In this document: piece by piece, positions 1 through 7,656 of the stretch
Layout: each line of letters opens with the position of its first letter
Numbering within the stretch: the first letter of the stretch is position 1
Source of the DNA: an uncultured Chloroflexia bacterium
Lineage (GTDB): Bacteria > Chloroflexota > Limnocylindria > Limnocylindrales > CSP1-4
DNA: 64,000 nt
Direction of reading: 5' to 3'
NCBI GenBank assembly: GCA_963731635.1
Contig: CAVSWB010000001.1
Location: 73,679 to 137,678, forward strand
The notes under the pieces: model-generated
Database searches by the model: none
What the model was told of the DNA's origin: nothing
Seen by the model: the letters and a program-made list of their open reading frames with translations, nothing else
Made by a program: the position numbers and the translations under genes

Positions 1-1
1 C

Positions 2-880
2 GAGGCCAGCCTCGAGACGGGCGCCGGCGCGTCCGAGATGGCGCTGCGGGCGCTGGCACTCCTGGATGCTTGCGAGGGCAGTCTTGAACGTGCCCAGGCC
101 GCAGCCGGCGACGGCACCGAGCGCATGGAACGAGAAGGGAGCGGTGTGGTAGCCGCCGCGTGGCTCCAGGTGACGGCGCTCGTAGCCGCCAGCCGAGGCG
201 ACGCCGCAGCGGTTGAAGAGGCGACCGGTCGGGCCCGGCGACACCTTGATCGCGCCGGCTACGTGGAGCCGATGCGGCTGGACCCATCTCCCGAACGCAT
301 AGAGGCGCTGGCAATCCTGGGCAGACTCGACGAGGCTCGCGTGGAACTTGCCGGGCTCGAGGCCCGCCACCGTCGAGTGGCCAAACCGTGGGCCGCGGCA
401 GCCATTGCGCGAGGTCGAGCCCGAGTCGCTATCGCGGACGGCGACACTGAGCCCGCAATAGCCGCTACTTCCATGGTGGCGGCCGGCTCGCCCCCCGGAT
501 GGAGCCGCTTCGATACCGCTCGAGTGCTACTGGTCCGCGGCGAGGCCCTGCGACACGCGCGCAGTCGGCGCGACTCGCATGAAGCGCTCCGTCGAGCGCA
601 AGAGATCTTCGTGGATCTCGGCGCGACCGTCTGGGCGCAGCGCGCGAGTGCTGAGCAGGCTCGCCTGGGCTTGACGCGCTCGTCGGCATTGAGCCTGACT
701 CCGACCGAGGCCCGCGTCGCACGCCTGGCCGGCGATGGCCTTTCGACACGCGACGTGGCGGCAGAATTGGGCATCAGTCCGAGAACGGTGGAGACGCATC
801 TCGCAAGCTTGTACGGCAAGCTCGGTGTGACCTCGCGGGCGGAGCTGGGCCGAGTCATGGCACTGCGCGAGACGATCTGA
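2..880 (+). CDS. LuxR-family transcriptional regulator, C-terminal part (5' end lies outside the window)
   Basis: The frame is open from the window edge. The C-terminal HTH LTPTEARVARLAGDGLSTRDVAAELGISPRTVETHLASLYGKLGV is a classic LuxR/GerE motif. The Ala/Leu/Arg-rich helical region before it resembles the TPR part of large ATP-dependent LuxR regulators. Confidence 0.85.
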   Translation, partial: EASLETGAGASEMALRALALLDACEGSLERAQAAAGDGTERMEREGSGVVAAAWLQVTALVAASRGDAAAVEEATGRARRHLDRAGYVEPMRLDPSPERIEALAILGRLDEARVELAGLEARHRRVAKPWAAAAIARGRARVAIADGDTEPAIAATSMVAAGSPPGWSRFDTARVLLVRGEALRHARSRRDSHEALRRAQEIFVDLGATVWAQRASAEQARLGLTRSSALSLTPTEARVARLAGDGLSTRDVAAELGISPRTVETHLASLYGKLGVTSRAELGRVMALRETI

Positions 881-974
881 CTTCCTCCGGGATTCCACGG
901 ATAACACGGGTGCACGGCGTCGATACGGTCGATCTCGCCACTCAAACCGAGGGCCGACCAAGGAGATCCCCGCG

Positions 975-1535
975 ATGCCAGCTCGTTCGAATCTCGCCGT
1001 CCGTTGCGGCGCAACGATCCTCCTAGCCATGTTCGCCGCGGCCTGCGGCGGCGCGGCAGCCACCCCGCCGGCCGGCGCACAAGGTTCGACAGTCGTCGCC
1101 GGCGCGACGGCTCAGGGGCAGGCGCAGGGTGGAGGCGCCGGCTCCGTGAACGACGGCCTCGGCCACACGGTCAACGTCTGCACCTTGCTGCCCGTAGCCA
1201 CCGTGGCATCGATCACCGGCGAACCGCTCACCGTCGCCACGGAACAAGACACCCTGTCCACCAAGACCTACGTGTGTGACTACACCAGCAGCGACGGCAC
1301 ATTTGCAGTCCTCATCACGGTGGCGGGAATGGCCGCGGCAATCGGTTACGACGCCGACCTGTCGTCCACCAGTCAGGTCACATCCGCCAAGCAGATAAGC
1401 GGGCTCGGCGACAAGGCGTTCTCCGGCCCACTCGGCCTGGAAGCCCTCTTCGGCAACGTCTCTATCACCGTGTCGAACCTTCAGTCCGACGCCGCCGCCG
1501 AAACGTTGATCCGTACCCTGCAGCCAAAGCTCTGA
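975..1535 (+). CDS. Secreted lipoprotein, unknown function
   Basis: AAGGAG RBS lies about 9 nt upstream of the ATG. N-terminal signal peptide with lipobox (LLAMFAAAC-GG). Mature part is Thr/Ser/Ala-rich. Confidence 0.7.
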   Translation: MPARSNLAVRCGATILLAMFAAACGGAAATPPAGAQGSTVVAGATAQGQAQGGGAGSVNDGLGHTVNVCTLLPVATVASITGEPLTVATEQDTLSTKTYVCDYTSSDGTFAVLITVAGMAAAIGYDADLSSTSQVTSAKQISGLGDKAFSGPLGLEALFGNVSITVSNLQSDAAAETLIRTLQPKL

Positions 1536-1617
1536 TCGAGGTCTCGAAAGCAACCCCCGGCAGTTGCGAAAACCGCAACGCTGCCGCGGATTCATGAAAT
1601 TCAAAGTGAGGAATCCG

Positions 1618-2247
1618 ATGTTCAACAGATCCAGTAGAACCACGCTGGGCGCCTTGGCGCTGGCAATGTTGTCAATCGTCGCCGTTGGCTGCTCCGGCAG
1701 CTCTTCCAACTCCCCATTGAGTGGTGGCGGCTTGGATACTTCCCAGCCCCCGGATGCCGGCGTGCTCGGTTCGACCGCGACGCCTGCCGGATCCCCCGGA
1801 GTAGTCACCGGCCACGTCGGAGACAAGCTGACCGTCATCATGCTCGGCGGCGCCAAGGCGGATCTCACGCTCGTCAAAGTGGCAGACCCCCCGACGCTCT
1901 CCGACGCCACAGACGCCGCCCCTGCCGGGGCCCGTTGGGTTGGACTCGAGGTCACGGCCGTCGATCACTCGCCCTTTGCCGCTCAGGAGCAGGTCCTCGT
2001 AGACGGGATCGGGTCCGACGGCAAGATCCTGACCACGGACGCCAAATTCGCGGGCTTCTCCCACGAGATAGGCGCGTTTGCCGAGTGCACGTGGACAGGC
2101 TCGATAGGCCCGGATAAGTCTTACACGATGTGCCCTGCGTTTCTGCTACCCACCGGCGTGACTCTCAAGAGCGTCGGCGCCAAGGTCGGGGGTGCGGAGA
2201 TCGGCGAAACCACGGCGGTGGATCAGGCCGTTTGGATGATCCCATAG
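1618..2247 (+). CDS. Secreted lipoprotein, unknown function (possibly DUF4352-like beta-sandwich)
   Basis: GAGGA RBS precedes the ATG at 1618. Signal peptide MFNRSSRTTLGALALAMLSIVAVGC has a lipobox Cys. The ORF track start at 1564 is less likely. Confidence 0.65.
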   Translation: MFNRSSRTTLGALALAMLSIVAVGCSGSSSNSPLSGGGLDTSQPPDAGVLGSTATPAGSPGVVTGHVGDKLTVIMLGGAKADLTLVKVADPPTLSDATDAAPAGARWVGLEVTAVDHSPFAAQEQVLVDGIGSDGKILTTDAKFAGFSHEIGAFAECTWTGSIGPDKSYTMCPAFLLPTGVTLKSVGAKVGGAEIGETTAVDQAVWMIP

Positions 2248-2390
2248 ACGGTCGGAGCCGCTCCAAGGGCGATCCGCACAGCCGACCTGTCAACCAGCGG
2301 CATGCGTCTGCCGGCGGCGTGTGAACCCGCCCTGTCGCGGAGGTCCGTCCCGTGCCCTCTCCGGCTGCGGCGTCCTTCGCTGGATCCCGG

Positions 2391-2906
2391 TCAGCAGTCG
2401 AAGGCGAGCCAGCACAGCTCGTTTCGCAGCTGCTGGTCGTCGAGCACGAGGGCGCGGATCTCGTCGGGCAGCTGGTCGCGCTGCCACCTGCATTCTCGGC
2501 GACCTGCCCCTTCACGCTCGTCTTCGCTGGCGGCCGCGCGAACTGCCTTGATCGCGTAGGCCGCGGCACCGAGTTCGTGAGCGGCTACATGACCCACAGC
2601 CGCGGCCTGGCCGGCAGCGTACGCGGCGTTCCGTGCCGCCCCAGTCAGGTCTCTGGCCGCCGCGTTGGCGTGGCCGCCCGCCGCGCGCGCGTCCCACCAC
2701 GTGATTTCGCCGCGCGCCCAGGCACGCCCAAGATCGATCGCTCGACGTGGACGGTCGTCCCCCGGCCGCGCCCGCTCGAAAAAGTCCAGCACGTGCTCCG
2801 CGCAATCGGCCGCCCAGACCGCCAGAAGGTGGTGATCGTCGTCCAGGAGGCTGCCGCCCCGACGGACGGTGATGAATCGCGGATCCCGGACTTTGGGGAG
2901 AATCAT
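2391..2906 (-). CDS. All-alpha hypothetical protein resembling the actinobacterial 'putative immunity protein' (Imm5-like) family
   Basis: Internal Met (MILPKVRDPRF...) was chosen because the ORF's upstream extension runs through the non-coding 17-bp repeat array. Ala-rich helical repeats (AAGGHANAAARDLTGAARNAAYAAGQAAAVGHVAAHELGAAAYAIKAV) are typical of that family, from memory. Confidence 0.5.
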   Translation of the reverse strand: MILPKVRDPRFITVRRGGSLLDDDHHLLAVWAADCAEHVLDFFERARPGDDRPRRAIDLGRAWARGEITWWDARAAGGHANAAARDLTGAARNAAYAAGQAAAVGHVAAHELGAAAYAIKAVRAAASEDEREGAGRRECRWQRDQLPDEIRALVLDDQQLRNELCWLAFDC

Positions 2907-2928
2907 TCGCGCCCCCTTGGTCGGTCGA

Positions 2929-3012
2929 TCGTCGGCCACAGCCCCGAGTCGGCTACAGCCCCGAGTCGGCTCCAGCCCCGAGTCGGCAACAGCCCCGAGT
3001 CGGCAACAGCCG
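2929..3012. repeat. Tandem array of a 17-bp unit CAGCCCCGAGTCGGCNN: four full copies (2939-3006) plus partial copies at both ends
   Basis: Read directly from the sequence. Copies lie at 2939-2955, 2956-2972, 2973-2989 and 2990-3006. Each contains the palindrome CCGAnTCGG. The period is not a multiple of 3, and the array sits between divergent genes. Confidence 0.9.
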
Positions 3013-3050
3013 TGCCTATTGTCACCTGGGGCGGCGCGACCTGGCCACTG

Positions 3051-3078
3051 TTGACAGGACGCAGCATCGCGATATATC
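3051..3078 (+). promoter_or_regulatory. Candidate sigma-70-type promoter of the padR-like gene
   Basis: TTGACA at 3051-3056, a 16-nt spacer, then TATATC at 3073-3078. It lies in a locally AT-richer patch about 45 nt upstream of the GTG start. Confidence 0.5.
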
Positions 3079-3123
3079 GTGACGGTGCGCAACATAGCGC
3101 AGCACAACTCAGGAGAGACTAGC

Positions 3124-3831
3124 GTGTTTCATCAGGACAATGGGCGGGGACAAGCCAGAGGCTGGCCGGGCCGCCCAGCAGATTCACCGATCGGGGCAGT
3201 CGGCTTCCGACATCACCACACGGACGAAGAGCGCGGCCCCGGCTTTCGCGGTCCCTGGGGCCCGCACGAAGGCGGTCACGCACATGGACGCGGCGGCCGC
3301 GGCCAGGGTTGGATTCCCAGGGACTTTGGTTTCGGTGCCGGGCGCGGGCCGATGGTGCGCCGCGGCGACGTTCGAACGGCCATCCTGACCCTGCTCGCCG
3401 AAGAGCCGATGCACGGATATCAGATGATCCAGCGGCTCGGCGAGCGCAGCGGGGGCATGTGGCGCCCGAGCGCCGGTTCCGTCTATCCCACCCTCCAGCA
3501 GCTCGAGGACGAGGGGCTGGTCAAAGGCGAGGAGCGCGATGGACGAAAGGTCTTCGCGCTGACCGACGAAGGCCGAAACGTCGCCCGGCAATCCGCCGGC
3601 AGTCCGGCACCGTGGGAGATGCCCGGCGCTGAGGAAACGACGGGTCTGTACGGACAGTTCCGGCCGCTCGCCGCCGCCGTGGCACAGGTATCGCGGGTCG
3701 GTAGTTCCGAGACGCTGGCGAAGGCTCAGGCGATCCTCATGGAGGCGCGGCGATCGCTCTACCGGCTGCTCGCCGAGGACCCCGAACAGGACCCGCCGGC
3801 CGCCGAGCAAGACCGCACGACGGCTCGGTAG
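3124..3831 (+). CDS. PadR-family transcriptional regulator with Gly/His/Arg-rich N-terminal extension
   Basis: Winged-helix core VRTAILTLLAEEPMHGYQMIQRLGERSGGMWRPSAGSVYPTLQQLEDEGLV is the PadR signature. AGGAGAG RBS lies 7 nt before the GTG at 3124. The alternative start at 3079 is possible. Confidence 0.85.
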   Translation: MFHQDNGRGQARGWPGRPADSPIGAVGFRHHHTDEERGPGFRGPWGPHEGGHAHGRGGRGQGWIPRDFGFGAGRGPMVRRGDVRTAILTLLAEEPMHGYQMIQRLGERSGGMWRPSAGSVYPTLQQLEDEGLVKGEERDGRKVFALTDEGRNVARQSAGSPAPWEMPGAEETTGLYGQFRPLAAAVAQVSRVGSSETLAKAQAILMEARRSLYRLLAEDPEQDPPAAEQDRTTAR

Positions 3832-3966
3832 CCGCGCGCCCCAGGCCGCGACCGGCGGAATGCCCGAGCTGAAGCTCGATCCGCCCGGTCGCGGCCTTTC
3901 GAGCTCTTGGTCCGGGAAGGCGTGAGTCATCAAGACCGCGGCACGGGCCGCCCCTCGCACCAGGCA

Positions 3967-3994
3967 TTGCATCGGCTATACGTATATGTATACT
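3967..3994 (+). promoter_or_regulatory. Candidate promoter plus near-palindromic operator upstream of the EXLDI/ABC genes
   Basis: TTGCAT at 3967-3972, a 16-nt spacer, then TATACT at 3989-3994. The 16-bp near-palindrome TATACGTATATGTATA (3977-3992) pairs at 7 of 8 positions. It is also readable as three tandem hexamers, CTATAC-GTATAT-GTATAC. It overlaps the spacer and the -10 element. Confidence 0.5.
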
Positions 3995-4036
3995 GGCACC
4001 GTTACGACTCCGAACACTGGGAGTTAGGATGCTCAG

Positions 4037-4555
4037 GTGCCGAACAAGACGATCTACGTTTCAGATGGCGATCTACCGCTCTACCAGCGGGCTCAGGAGG
4101 TTGCGGGCGGCAACCTCTCTTCCGCCATCACGGCAGCGTTGCGACGCTACGTGGACGCGGAGGAAGGCCGCCTCGAGGGTTTCAAGGAGATCGTCGTTCG
4201 GGTCGGGCCGAAGGGCGACCGCAAGAAGCGCTTCAGCGGCCGGTTACTTGGCGAGTGGGGCAACTCGACCAATAGCCGGATGGAGATGTACCGGGTCTAC
4301 GGAACTCGCTCCGGCAAATTCGTCCTGCACGTCGACAAATCTCCGGAGTGGGCCGGGCGCGACGCGGACGGAAATCCCGCCGGCTTCCGCAGCTGGCTCG
4401 GCCTGGGCAATTACAGCTGGACCTTCTCGTCGGGCGAGTCGACCCTCGAGATCTTCGAATCTGTCGAGCAGATGCGCGACAAGATCCCTCCCCAGCTCTA
4501 CGACATGGTCGTCGGGGCGGTCAGCGAGCCCACAGTCGAAGACCTCGACATCTAG
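4037..4555 (+). CDS. EXLDI-family protein (uncharacterised; C-terminus ...VEDLDI)
   Basis: About 170 aa, ending in E-D-L-D-I. This matches the named 'EXLDI protein' family, which I recall as TIGR04342 (unverified). It sits immediately upstream of an ABC transporter pair. The N-terminus KTIYVSDGDLPLYQRAQEVAGGNLSSAITAALRRYV looks ribbon-helix-helix-like. Confidence 0.75.
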   Translation: MPNKTIYVSDGDLPLYQRAQEVAGGNLSSAITAALRRYVDAEEGRLEGFKEIVVRVGPKGDRKKRFSGRLLGEWGNSTNSRMEMYRVYGTRSGKFVLHVDKSPEWAGRDADGNPAGFRSWLGLGNYSWTFSSGESTLEIFESVEQMRDKIPPQLYDMVVGAVSEPTVEDLDI

Positions 4556-4702
4556 CCCGCGCGCCGGACCCGCTCCGGGCGCCTGAGGCTGCGGCGGCGC
4601 GCCGACACCGATCACGAACAGATCCACGCGAAATCGGGCATCCCTGTAGGGCCGCCACCGGCCTTGCCATGCCCGCTAAGTAAGAGAAGCAAGGAAAAGA
4701 CC

Positions 4703-5695
4703 ATGGCGAACAACCGCTCCCCCGCCGCGATCCAGGTACGCGGATTGCGCAAGTCCTACGGCAGCCAGGTTGTGCTGGACGGCATCGACTTCGACGTAGC
4801 CCAGGGCACCGTCTTCTCGATGCTCGGCCCGAACGGCGCGGGCAAGACGACCATCGTCCAGATCCTGTCGACCCTCATTTCCGCGGACGGCGGGCAGGTC
4901 CTCGTCGGCGGCCACGATTTGAGCCGCGAGCCCGACGGCGTTCGATCGGCGATCGGCGTCACAGGCCAGTTCTCGGCGGTGGACAAGTTCCTCACCGGCG
5001 AGGAGAACCTGGTCCTGATGGCCGACCTGCGTCACATGGGCAAGAGCGCCGGGCGCCGCCGTGCGGCCGAGCTGCTCGATCAATTCGACCTGGCCGAGGC
5101 CGCCCATAAGCCCGTCGCCACGTTCTCCGGCGGGATGCAGCGACGCCTGGACCTGGCCATGACCCTCGTCGGCGACCCGCGGATCATCTTCCTCGACGAG
5201 CCGACCGCCGGCCTCGACCCGCGCAGCCGCCGGACGATGTGGCAGATCGTCCGCAGCCTTGTCGCGAGCGGAGTCACGATCTTTCTCACGACGCAGTACC
5301 TCGAAGAGGCCGATGAACTTGCCGACCGGATCGCCGTGCTCGACCGTGGCCGGCTCGTCGCCCAGGGCACGGCAGCCGAGCTAAAACGGCTCGTGCCCGG
5401 CGGCCACGTCAGCCTGCAATTCGGCGACGCCATCCTGCTCGAGCGAGCGGCTCGGCTGCTGGAGCCTGCCTCGCGGGACGACTACGCCCTGACCCTCCAG
5501 CTTCCCGGACATGGCGACGTTCGATCGCTGCGCTCCGTGCTCGACCGCCTGGATGGCGCCGGCATCGAAGTAGACGGACTGACGATCCACACGCCCGACC
5601 TCGACGACGTCTTCCTCTCCCTCACGGGCCAGGAAACCCGGTCCGAAGCCCTTTCCGAAACTCACCCCGAAGTCGAGGAGGCGATTTCCCGATGA
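4703..5695 (+). CDS. ABC transporter ATP-binding protein (DrrA/daunorubicin-resistance-like)
   Basis: Walker A GPNGAGKTT, ABC signature FSGGMQRRL, Walker B IIFLDEPTAGLD. AAGGAAAAG RBS precedes the ATG at 4703. The 3' end overlaps the permease start by 4 nt. Confidence 0.9.
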   Translation: MANNRSPAAIQVRGLRKSYGSQVVLDGIDFDVAQGTVFSMLGPNGAGKTTIVQILSTLISADGGQVLVGGHDLSREPDGVRSAIGVTGQFSAVDKFLTGEENLVLMADLRHMGKSAGRRRAAELLDQFDLAEAAHKPVATFSGGMQRRLDLAMTLVGDPRIIFLDEPTAGLDPRSRRTMWQIVRSLVASGVTIFLTTQYLEEADELADRIAVLDRGRLVAQGTAAELKRLVPGGHVSLQFGDAILLERAARLLEPASRDDYALTLQLPGHGDVRSLRSVLDRLDGAGIEVDGLTIHTPDLDDVFLSLTGQETRSEALSETHPEVEEAISR

Positions 5696-6516
5696 ACGCG
5701 CTTGCCTACACCATGAGCGACTCCGCAACGATGCTGCGCCGGCAGCTGCGCCACATGCTGCGCTACCCATCCCTGAGCGTGCTCGTGGTCGGGATGCCGG
5801 TGATCTTCCTTCTTCTGTTCGTCTTCGTCTTCGGCGGAACGCTGGGTTCGGGCCTTGGCCCGGCCGGCGCGGCGGGCGTGTCCGGTGCCGTTGCCGCGTC
5901 CGGCGGCCGGTCCGCCTACCTCGAGTACGTGGTTCCGGGAATCCTGGTCATGACGATCGCTGCCGTCGTTCAGGGAACGGCGATCTCGGTTGCGATGGAC
6001 ATGACCGGCGGCATCGTCGCGCGCTTCCGGACCATGTCCATCTCCCGGGCCTCCGTGCTGACGGGCCACGTGCTCGGGAGCATGGTCCAGGCCTTCCTGG
6101 CGATCGGCCTCGTGCTCGTCGTGGCAGTTCTCATCGGCTTCCGGCCGAGCGCCTCGCCGACGGAGTGGCTCGGCGTGATCGGCCTTCTGGCGATAGCCTC
6201 GTTCGCGCTGATCTGGCTGTGCGTGGCGCTCGGGATGGTGACCGACGGCGTCGAGACAGCCAGCAACATCCCGATGCCGCTGGTCCTTCTACCGTTCCTC
6301 GGCAGCGGCTTCGTTCCCACTGACTCCATGCCCGGGCCGCTGCGCCTCTTCGCCGAGTATCAGCCGTTCACGCCGATCATCGAAACCCTGCGCGGCCTGC
6401 TCACGGGCACGTCGTTCGGCAACGAGGGAATCATGGCGGTGGCGTGGTGCGTGGTCATCGCCGCGCTGTCGTACGTCTGGTCGATGAGGCTTTACGAGAA
6501 GCATTCCGTGCATTGA
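5692..6516 (+). CDS. ABC-2 type transporter permease (DrrB-like)
   Basis: Six hydrophobic segments, ATGA start/stop overlap with the ATPase gene, and typical ABC-2 length. Confidence 0.85.
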   Translation: MNALAYTMSDSATMLRRQLRHMLRYPSLSVLVVGMPVIFLLLFVFVFGGTLGSGLGPAGAAGVSGAVAASGGRSAYLEYVVPGILVMTIAAVVQGTAISVAMDMTGGIVARFRTMSISRASVLTGHVLGSMVQAFLAIGLVLVVAVLIGFRPSASPTEWLGVIGLLAIASFALIWLCVALGMVTDGVETASNIPMPLVLLPFLGSGFVPTDSMPGPLRLFAEYQPFTPIIETLRGLLTGTSFGNEGIMAVAWCVVIAALSYVWSMRLYEKHSVH

Positions 6517-6584
6517 ATACGGGTTCTTCCCGCGAGCTAGTCGACAGCTGTACGGGCGACCGCCGGTCGGACCGATCGGCAACG

Positions 6585-6686
6585 CTATCGTTCGAACCCG
6601 AGCTTTCCGGTATAGAACGCCAGGGCGCGATCCTGGTCGTTTACCGGGAAGCCAACGGTTGCGAGCCGGACGATGGTGTCGGGCAA
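6585..6686 (-). pseudogene. Remnant: N-terminal ~32 codons of a VOC/glyoxalase-family gene
   Basis: The translation PDTIVRLATVGFPVNDQDRALAFYTGKLGFE is a typical VOC first beta-alpha-beta unit. It stops abruptly (ER-stop), and I could not find a continuation in any frame. Confidence 0.45.
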
Positions 6687-6754
6687 GCCGAAGAAGGCCG
6701 CGGTGAGGCCGCTCAGCGGCGCGGCTGGGGCGGCGCGAGCGCGGCCAAACGTGA

Positions 6755-7060
6755 GCCGGGGCGGGCGCCAGAGAGGCGAAGCGAAGGCCACCGGCGGGCC
6801 AGGCTGCAGTCTTCGCCGCGGACGGTGGCACGACTCCATTTCCCGGCGTCTACCGCCGGTCGATTCTGCCCATCCTGTCGGCCCAGCTCGACGCGGGGGC
6901 GCTGCGTGTCGGCGACCTGCTGGCCCGGCTGGATGTCCTGGTCGTGACGCCGGATCCGAATGCCTCAGCCGAAGACGCTTTCCTGAACGTCAACACCACC
7001 GACGACCTGGCCCGGGCCGGGGCCCGGTTCGGTCGTACTTGGCCGCCACCGACGCCTTGC
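6755..7060 (+). pseudogene. Remnant: C-terminal part of a MobA-like molybdenum cofactor guanylyltransferase gene
   Basis: The frame-2 translation VFAADGGTTPFPGVYRRSILPILSAQLDAGALRVGDLLARLDVLVVTPDPNASAEDAFLNVNTTDDLARA resembles a MobA C-terminus. An in-frame stop lies just upstream at 6752, and no N-terminal nucleotide-binding half is present. Confidence 0.45.
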
Positions 7061-7134
7061 CGGAGTGATTACGCTCCGGTCCGTCGAGGGGAACAACGTT
7101 TGACACTCGTGCCGATTCCGCATTGGCTGGCCGC

Positions 7135-7641
7135 ATGAACCAGAAGAACCTCGCGGACCTGTACGGCCTCGATCCGATCCCGTGGTCCCGGGCGCTCGAG
7201 GCGCTCGAGTCGGCCGAACCTCGAACCCAGACGCCCTTCCTCGCCACGACACGACCGGACGGCCGGCCTCACGTCGCCGCCGTCGGCGCGATATGGGATG
7301 GCGGCAAGATCTATTTCGTGAGCGGCGCCGCGACACGCAAGAGCCGGAACCTGGCTGCGAACGCCAACTGCGTTATCTCCATGTCCTTGCCGGGCATCGA
7401 TCTCGTCCTGGAGGGCGTCGCCCGCCGCGTGACCGACGCCCCAACGCTCGAACGAATCGCCGGGCGCTATGCCGACCAGGGCTGGCCGGCAACCGTCAAA
7501 GACGGTGCCTTCACTCATTCATTCAGCGCGCCGAGCGCCGGCCCGCCGCCGTGGGACCTCTACTCCCTGACGCCGGCCACGGTCTTCGGCGTGCTGACCG
7601 TCGAACCCGGCGGTGCCACACGGTGGCGCTTCGAGACCTGA
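7135..7641 (+). CDS. Pyridoxamine 5'-phosphate oxidase (PPOX)-fold family protein
   Basis: FLATTRPDGRPHVAAVGAIWDGGKIYFVSGAATRKSRNLAANANCVIS is typical of the PNPOx-like split-barrel family. The start is ATG 7135 or TTG 7123. Confidence 0.75.
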   Translation: MNQKNLADLYGLDPIPWSRALEALESAEPRTQTPFLATTRPDGRPHVAAVGAIWDGGKIYFVSGAATRKSRNLAANANCVISMSLPGIDLVLEGVARRVTDAPTLERIAGRYADQGWPATVKDGAFTHSFSAPSAGPPPWDLYSLTPATVFGVLTVEPGGATRWRFET

Positions 7642-7656
7642 GCCGACGGGGCCGGG

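Noticed and set aside
980-1000. GTTCGAATC T-loop-like motifs (also near 6588-6600), considered as possible tRNA genes.
   Set aside because: The flanking sequence cannot form T-stem or acceptor-stem pairing. The first lies inside a well-supported lipoprotein CDS and the second inside the VOC-fragment region.
2929-3012. Possibility that the 17-bp repeats are a CRISPR array.
   Set aside because: The units are directly adjacent with no spacers, far shorter than CRISPR repeats, and no cas genes are present.
6673-7068. 131-aa plus-strand ORF and other 60-180-aa ORFs in the 6.3-7.1 kb region, considered as real genes.
   Set aside because: Their composition is Arg/Gly/Pro-rich, with no motifs. The only family-like translations in this region are the two truncated fragments reported as remnants.
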